Source: a virus
Lineage: Duplodnaviria; Heunggongvirae; Uroviricota; Caudoviricetes
Reading direction: 5' to 3' (one strand)
Virus record (IMG/VR): IMGVR_UViG_3300009537_004349
DNA length: 64,000 nucleotides
Part shown: piece by piece, positions 61,202-64,000 of the stretch
How positions within the stretch are numbered: the stretch's first letter is position 1
How the letters are laid out: each line of letters starts with the position of its first letter
Program-made: the position numbers and the translations under genes
Notes under the pieces: model-generated
Databases searched by the model: none
What the model was told of the DNA's origin: nothing
What the model saw: only the letters and a program-made list of their open reading frames with translations

Positions 61202-61442
61202 TAGCCCACTCCCTAAGCTCGCCTAATGTCTTGTGCTTTATGCTCTTAATGCAAAGCTCACACGTACCATCTTGCAGCCTGTCAGTCTCAAACACCCTGC
61301 TGCATTTACCACACCTGGTAAATGTACCGTCAGCTAAGTAAGCATCTATCATATCACCAGCTATACATAGTGGGTCTATAACTCCACCAGCATCATGTAG
61401 TTCATGTAGTTGGCGTTTTAACTCTCGCATTACGCTTTTCAT
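61170..61442 (-). CDS. hypothetical zinc-ribbon-like protein
   Basis: 90 aa; C..C ... C..C pairs. Confidence 0.45.
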   Translation of the reverse strand: MKSVMRELKRQLHELHDAGGVIDPLCIAGDMIDAYLADGTFTRCGKCSRVFETDRLQDGTCELCIKSIKHKTLGELREWANEEDVVSDSE

Positions 61443-61449
61443 ATCGTTC

Positions 61450-61535
61450 TGGTGGGTAGTGATGGAGTCGAACCACCCGAGCCCGAAGGCAACTGGTTTA
61501 CAGCCAGTCCCGCTACCCCTACGGTATAACTACCC
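61450..61535 (-). tRNA. tRNA-Tyr (anticodon GUA), type II
   Basis: GGGTAGT acceptor, anticodon arm ACTGG-CTGTAAA-CCAGT, variable arm, GGTTCGACTCC, CCA. Confidence 0.7.
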
Positions 61536-61709
61536 TTAGATTAATTGTGGGTCACCGGGATCAAGGGTAATCCATCCCTCTCCGATGACATCTTTACCGA
61601 GTTTTAACTTTATAGTAACTCGCTCTGTTTGACTGTATGCCTCTGTTTCTTGGTCAACATCCAGCGTGAGATTTTCTTTCAAAAACTGAATGAGTTCTTC
61701 TTTATCCAT
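61536..61709 (-). CDS. small hypothetical acidic protein (57 aa)
   Basis: Own translation MDKEELIQFLKENLTLDVDQETEAYSQTERVTIKLKLGKDVIGEGWITLDPGDPQLI; ATG overlaps the stop of the upstream gene. Confidence 0.35.
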   Translation of the reverse strand: MDKEELIQFLKENLTLDVDQETEAYSQTERVTIKLKLGKDVIGEGWITLDPGDPQLI

Positions 61710-61917
61710 TGAGTTCGATTCCTAATGCATCGAGAACCTTGCAGCAACATGTATCACAGATGTCACCAGCAGCCTCTCTGTTGTTGTTAGCATATCCTTT
61801 ACGCTCTCCATAACTGAAGATTGAAAAGTGGCCATGAAAAGAACCGTCGCGTTCTCTGTCTGCTATCTTATATGTTTCGTGGCAGACATCGCACTCGAAC
61901 ATTTCATACTGCGACAT
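61702..61917 (-). CDS. hypothetical zinc-ribbon-like protein
   Basis: 71 aa; CDVCH ... CDTCCC. Confidence 0.45.
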   Translation of the reverse strand: MSQYEMFECDVCHETYKIADRERDGSFHGHFSIFSYGERKGYANNNREAAGDICDTCCCKVLDALGIELNG

Positions 61918-61918
61918 A

Positions 61919-62317
61919 CTAACACCTAATTAGCTTGTCTTTGCCACAGTAAGGCCCATTGTGATTGGGAAACGATGGCTTGGTGGGATTATGAATCTCA
62001 TCTAGTACTTCCTGTAGTTCCTTCCCGCCATACTTTCCATCAACCTCATGCTTGAATACTGAATTAAGCCTATCACGAACCATCTGATTCATTTCTTGAC
62101 GACCCTCTTCAGTCATTCCGCCGACTTCTTGGAGCTTCTCATAAGCATCAAGCATACCCATAAGCCAAGCAGGGAAACCTTCGAGCTTCTTTTCTACAGT
62201 CTCTACCAATTTGATGTGCTTTTTGATACACTCAATTTGGCTATCAGTTAGATGCTCATTGCCTTCTCGTAGCTCAAAGTATCCTTGAAGCCAATAACAA
62301 AATTCGTGTTTATGCAT
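61919..62317 (-). CDS. hypothetical protein
   Basis: 132-aa ORF. Confidence 0.5.
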   Translation of the reverse strand: MHKHEFCYWLQGYFELREGNEHLTDSQIECIKKHIKLVETVEKKLEGFPAWLMGMLDAYEKLQEVGGMTEEGRQEMNQMVRDRLNSVFKHEVDGKYGGKELQEVLDEIHNPTKPSFPNHNGPYCGKDKLIRC

Positions 62318-62330
62318 TTAATTCCTCGTA

Positions 62331-62406
62331 TGGCAGGCGAGGTAGGATTCGAACCCACAGTCGCGGGGTTGGAGCCCGCTGGTTTAGCCAGTTAACCGAC
62401 TCGCCC
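62331..62406 (-). tRNA. tRNA-Trp (anticodon CCA)
   Basis: GGGCGAG acceptor, D-stem GGTT/AACC, anticodon arm GCGGG-CTCCAAC-CCCGC, GGTTCGAATCC, CCA. Confidence 0.7.
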
Positions 62407-62964
62407 TCAGTCTTTTTTTATCGTTCCATCTTCGTTCCAGTATTGCCAGGAACCTACTTTCTTACCTTCATCAAGCTGACCTTTCACAGCCAGTTGCCCA
62501 TTCTCGTAGTAGTTTTCTATAACGCCAGTTCTCTTTCCGTCAACCCAATTCACAACAAATATAGGGTTTCCGTTATTAAACCAGGCTTTCCAAAGACCGT
62601 CTTGAATGCCATGCTTAAACCTGCCCTTCATATAGAGCTGACCGTTCTCATGCCACCAAGCCCACATTCCCTCTTCCTGGTCATCAAAATAGTGACCGGC
62701 CATCTCTCGATTGCCGTTACGTCTCCACCAGCGCCAGTAGCCAGTCTTCTTTTCTCCATCGTAGTAGCCGTATAACCGTGGCTTACCATCAGGATAGAAC
62801 TCCTGCCAATGTCGGACACACTTCATGGGTGTGTATTCTGGCCAGGGAGCGACCCATGTAACTACCTTTGTACCTTGTGCCGTTACTTGCTCTGTCTTAT
62901 CTGTAGGCCCGCAAATTACGCCTAGATAAACAGCGAGTACTAAGTTGAGCATCAATCCCACCAA
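62407..62964 (-). CDS. MORN-repeat protein with N-terminal hydrophobic segment
   Basis: Repeated Y..G.K.G.W..W..NG motifs across the C-terminal 120 aa. Confidence 0.55.
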   Translation of the reverse strand: MVGLMLNLVLAVYLGVICGPTDKTEQVTAQGTKVVTWVAPWPEYTPMKCVRHWQEFYPDGKPRLYGYYDGEKKTGYWRWWRRNGNREMAGHYFDDQEEGMWAWWHENGQLYMKGRFKHGIQDGLWKAWFNNGNPIFVVNWVDGKRTGVIENYYENGQLAVKGQLDEGKKVGSWQYWNEDGTIKKD

Positions 62965-63521
62965 CCCTGCATATGGTTCTTCATGGTATCAAAAATCTCG
63001 TTCCAGCATTCCTGCTTTTCTTTTTCTCGTTTCTCAAGCAGGATACGATATTCTTTTTCTTCCTGCTCTCTATCATCGTCAGTGATAACATTCTTTCTGT
63101 TGAAAATCATCTGTAGCAACTGAGGATTACTGGTTGGCTTAGAACCAATCTCTAATTCGCCCCACTTATCATCGTGAGCTTTCATCTCAGCCGTACAGAA
63201 ATCGTCGTCCATGTATCTGTCGATGAGCTTTTCTACGTGGAGAATTTCGTTGACAATTACTGGAGCAGCTACTACGAGATTGTTTTCTTTAATCCTTATT
63301 CTGGTTCTCTTTAGTTTATACTGTAAGAGATATAGGATATAGGAATAATCCCAATCAAAGTCTGACCAAAGAAGCCTGGAATACTGAATGGACTTTACTA
63401 TCCAATCCCATGTGCGCGTAAATGGATGCGTAAGCTTGCCCCATAGACTGGACACATTCCAGGCAAAACTCATTTCAGAGTCATACCAATCCAGCAAGTT
63501 ACGTTTAATCCATTTTAGCAT
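62952..63521 (-). CDS. hypothetical protein
   Basis: 189-aa ORF. Confidence 0.5.
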   Translation of the reverse strand: MLKWIKRNLLDWYDSEMSFAWNVSSLWGKLTHPFTRTWDWIVKSIQYSRLLWSDFDWDYSYILYLLQYKLKRTRIRIKENNLVVAAPVIVNEILHVEKLIDRYMDDDFCTAEMKAHDDKWGELEIGSKPTSNPQLLQMIFNRKNVITDDDREQEEKEYRILLEKREKEKQECWNEIFDTMKNHMQGWWD

Positions 63522-64000
63522 GTCAGAAATTTATCCATCACCAATACGTAGATTATGAAATAGTGGGTCAAATGGTGTACTGTTTGGTCTAAACCTAACG
63601 ACCACCAGAATAACACATTACCCTTTAGCTTCTCTCTCGCTGCCTTTACAGCTTCAGCATCATCTGCATTCGTATATGTATCATAGGCTTTCTTAAACCC
63701 ATTAGCTGTGAGTGGCTTATACCTACCCAAGTACTTAGGTCCAGCCTTAATACGGTCCATAAAGAAATGTACCGTCATGTCTACTAAAGCAAGCCACCAG
63801 TAAGTTGGGTTTACCCACAGACATAGTGCCAATGTCATAGCGCCATGTACACCGACATGTGCAAGCAGGGGTAAAAAGAAATCCCATCCTGGCTTGAACT
63901 TGCCAAGCATATAGGTTCCTTGCAGCGGGTAGTCAGCAAAGAAATGCTTAGCTTGAAAGAATAGCAGAAGCCCAAATGTGAATGTAATAAACTCAAACAT
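63515..64000 (-). CDS. hypothetical polytopic membrane protein
   Basis: 161 aa with at least four hydrophobic helices; start codon at the window edge. Confidence 0.45.
   Translation of the reverse strand: MFEFITFTFGLLLFFQAKHFFADYPLQGTYMLGKFKPGWDFFLPLLAHVGVHGAMTLALCLWVNPTYWWLALVDMTVHFFMDRIKAGPKYLGRYKPLTANGFKKAYDTYTNADDAEAVKAAREKLKGNVLFWWSLGLDQTVHHLTHYFIIYVLVMDKFLTC

Noticed and set aside
1-64000. Whole-genome amber (TAG) stop-codon reassignment, as in crAss-like/Lak phages
   Set aside because: Long ORFs (644, 430, 394, 386, 368, 345 aa) are uninterrupted in the standard code and gene packing is tight. Only one TAG-interrupted gene was found, so the suppressor tRNA is interpreted as a local or regulatory device.
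1-64000. CRISPR arrays, integrases/transposases, restriction-modification or toxin-antitoxin systems
   Set aside because: No direct-repeat/spacer periodicity, no recombinase or methyltransferase motifs, no terminal inverted repeats were seen. The only nuclease-like ORF (PD-(D/E)xK, 27755..28312) stands next to an AAA+ ATPase without a methylase.

Overview
This 64 kb window looks like a segment of a large tailed-phage genome (about 42% GC). Genes are tightly packed and almost entirely on the minus strand. Roughly 140 protein-coding ORFs are interleaved with a dispersed array of 28 minus-strand tRNA genes, found by hand from acceptor, T-arm and anticodon-arm pairing. No plus-strand gene is convincing. 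Recognisable functions include: (1) an NAD+ metabolism module: nicotinamidase PncA, nicotinate phosphoribosyltransferase PncB, glutamine-dependent NAD synthetase NadE, an NAD-kinase-like protein and a CoaD/PPAT-like adenylyltransferase, with a NADAR-family protein and a Nudix hydrolase elsewhere in the window; (2) a complete phage-encoded RNase P: a type-A RNase P RNA (rnpB-like, about 24833-25240) immediately downstream of a cold-shock protein gene, plus a short RnpA protein-subunit homologue; (3) an amber-suppressor-type tRNA (anticodon CUA) and, separately, a PTH2-peptidyl-tRNA-hydrolase/HD-domain fusion gene whose third codon is an in-frame TAG behind a strong SD-ATG; (4) RNA-repair genes (T4 Rnl1-like RNA ligase, T4 Pnk-kinase-like protein, HAD phosphatases) and a TilS-like lysidine synthetase accompanying two tRNA(CAU) genes; (5) assorted accessory functions: two Bfd-like [2Fe-2S] proteins, a SpoT/Mesh1-like (p)ppGpp hydrolase, DUF1653, M23/M50/HExxH peptidases, an SPFH/flotillin protein, a PD-(D/E)xK nuclease, an AAA+ ATPase, an HhH-GPD glycosylase, an S24 LexA/UmuD-like peptidase, a GT4 glycosyltransferase, a CoaB-like/class-II-aldolase fusion, 5-formyl-THF cyclo-ligase, a PPP-family phosphatase and WGR/MORN proteins. 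Most other ORFs are small hypothetical proteins. All calls are from reading the sequence and ORF translations; none was checked against a database.
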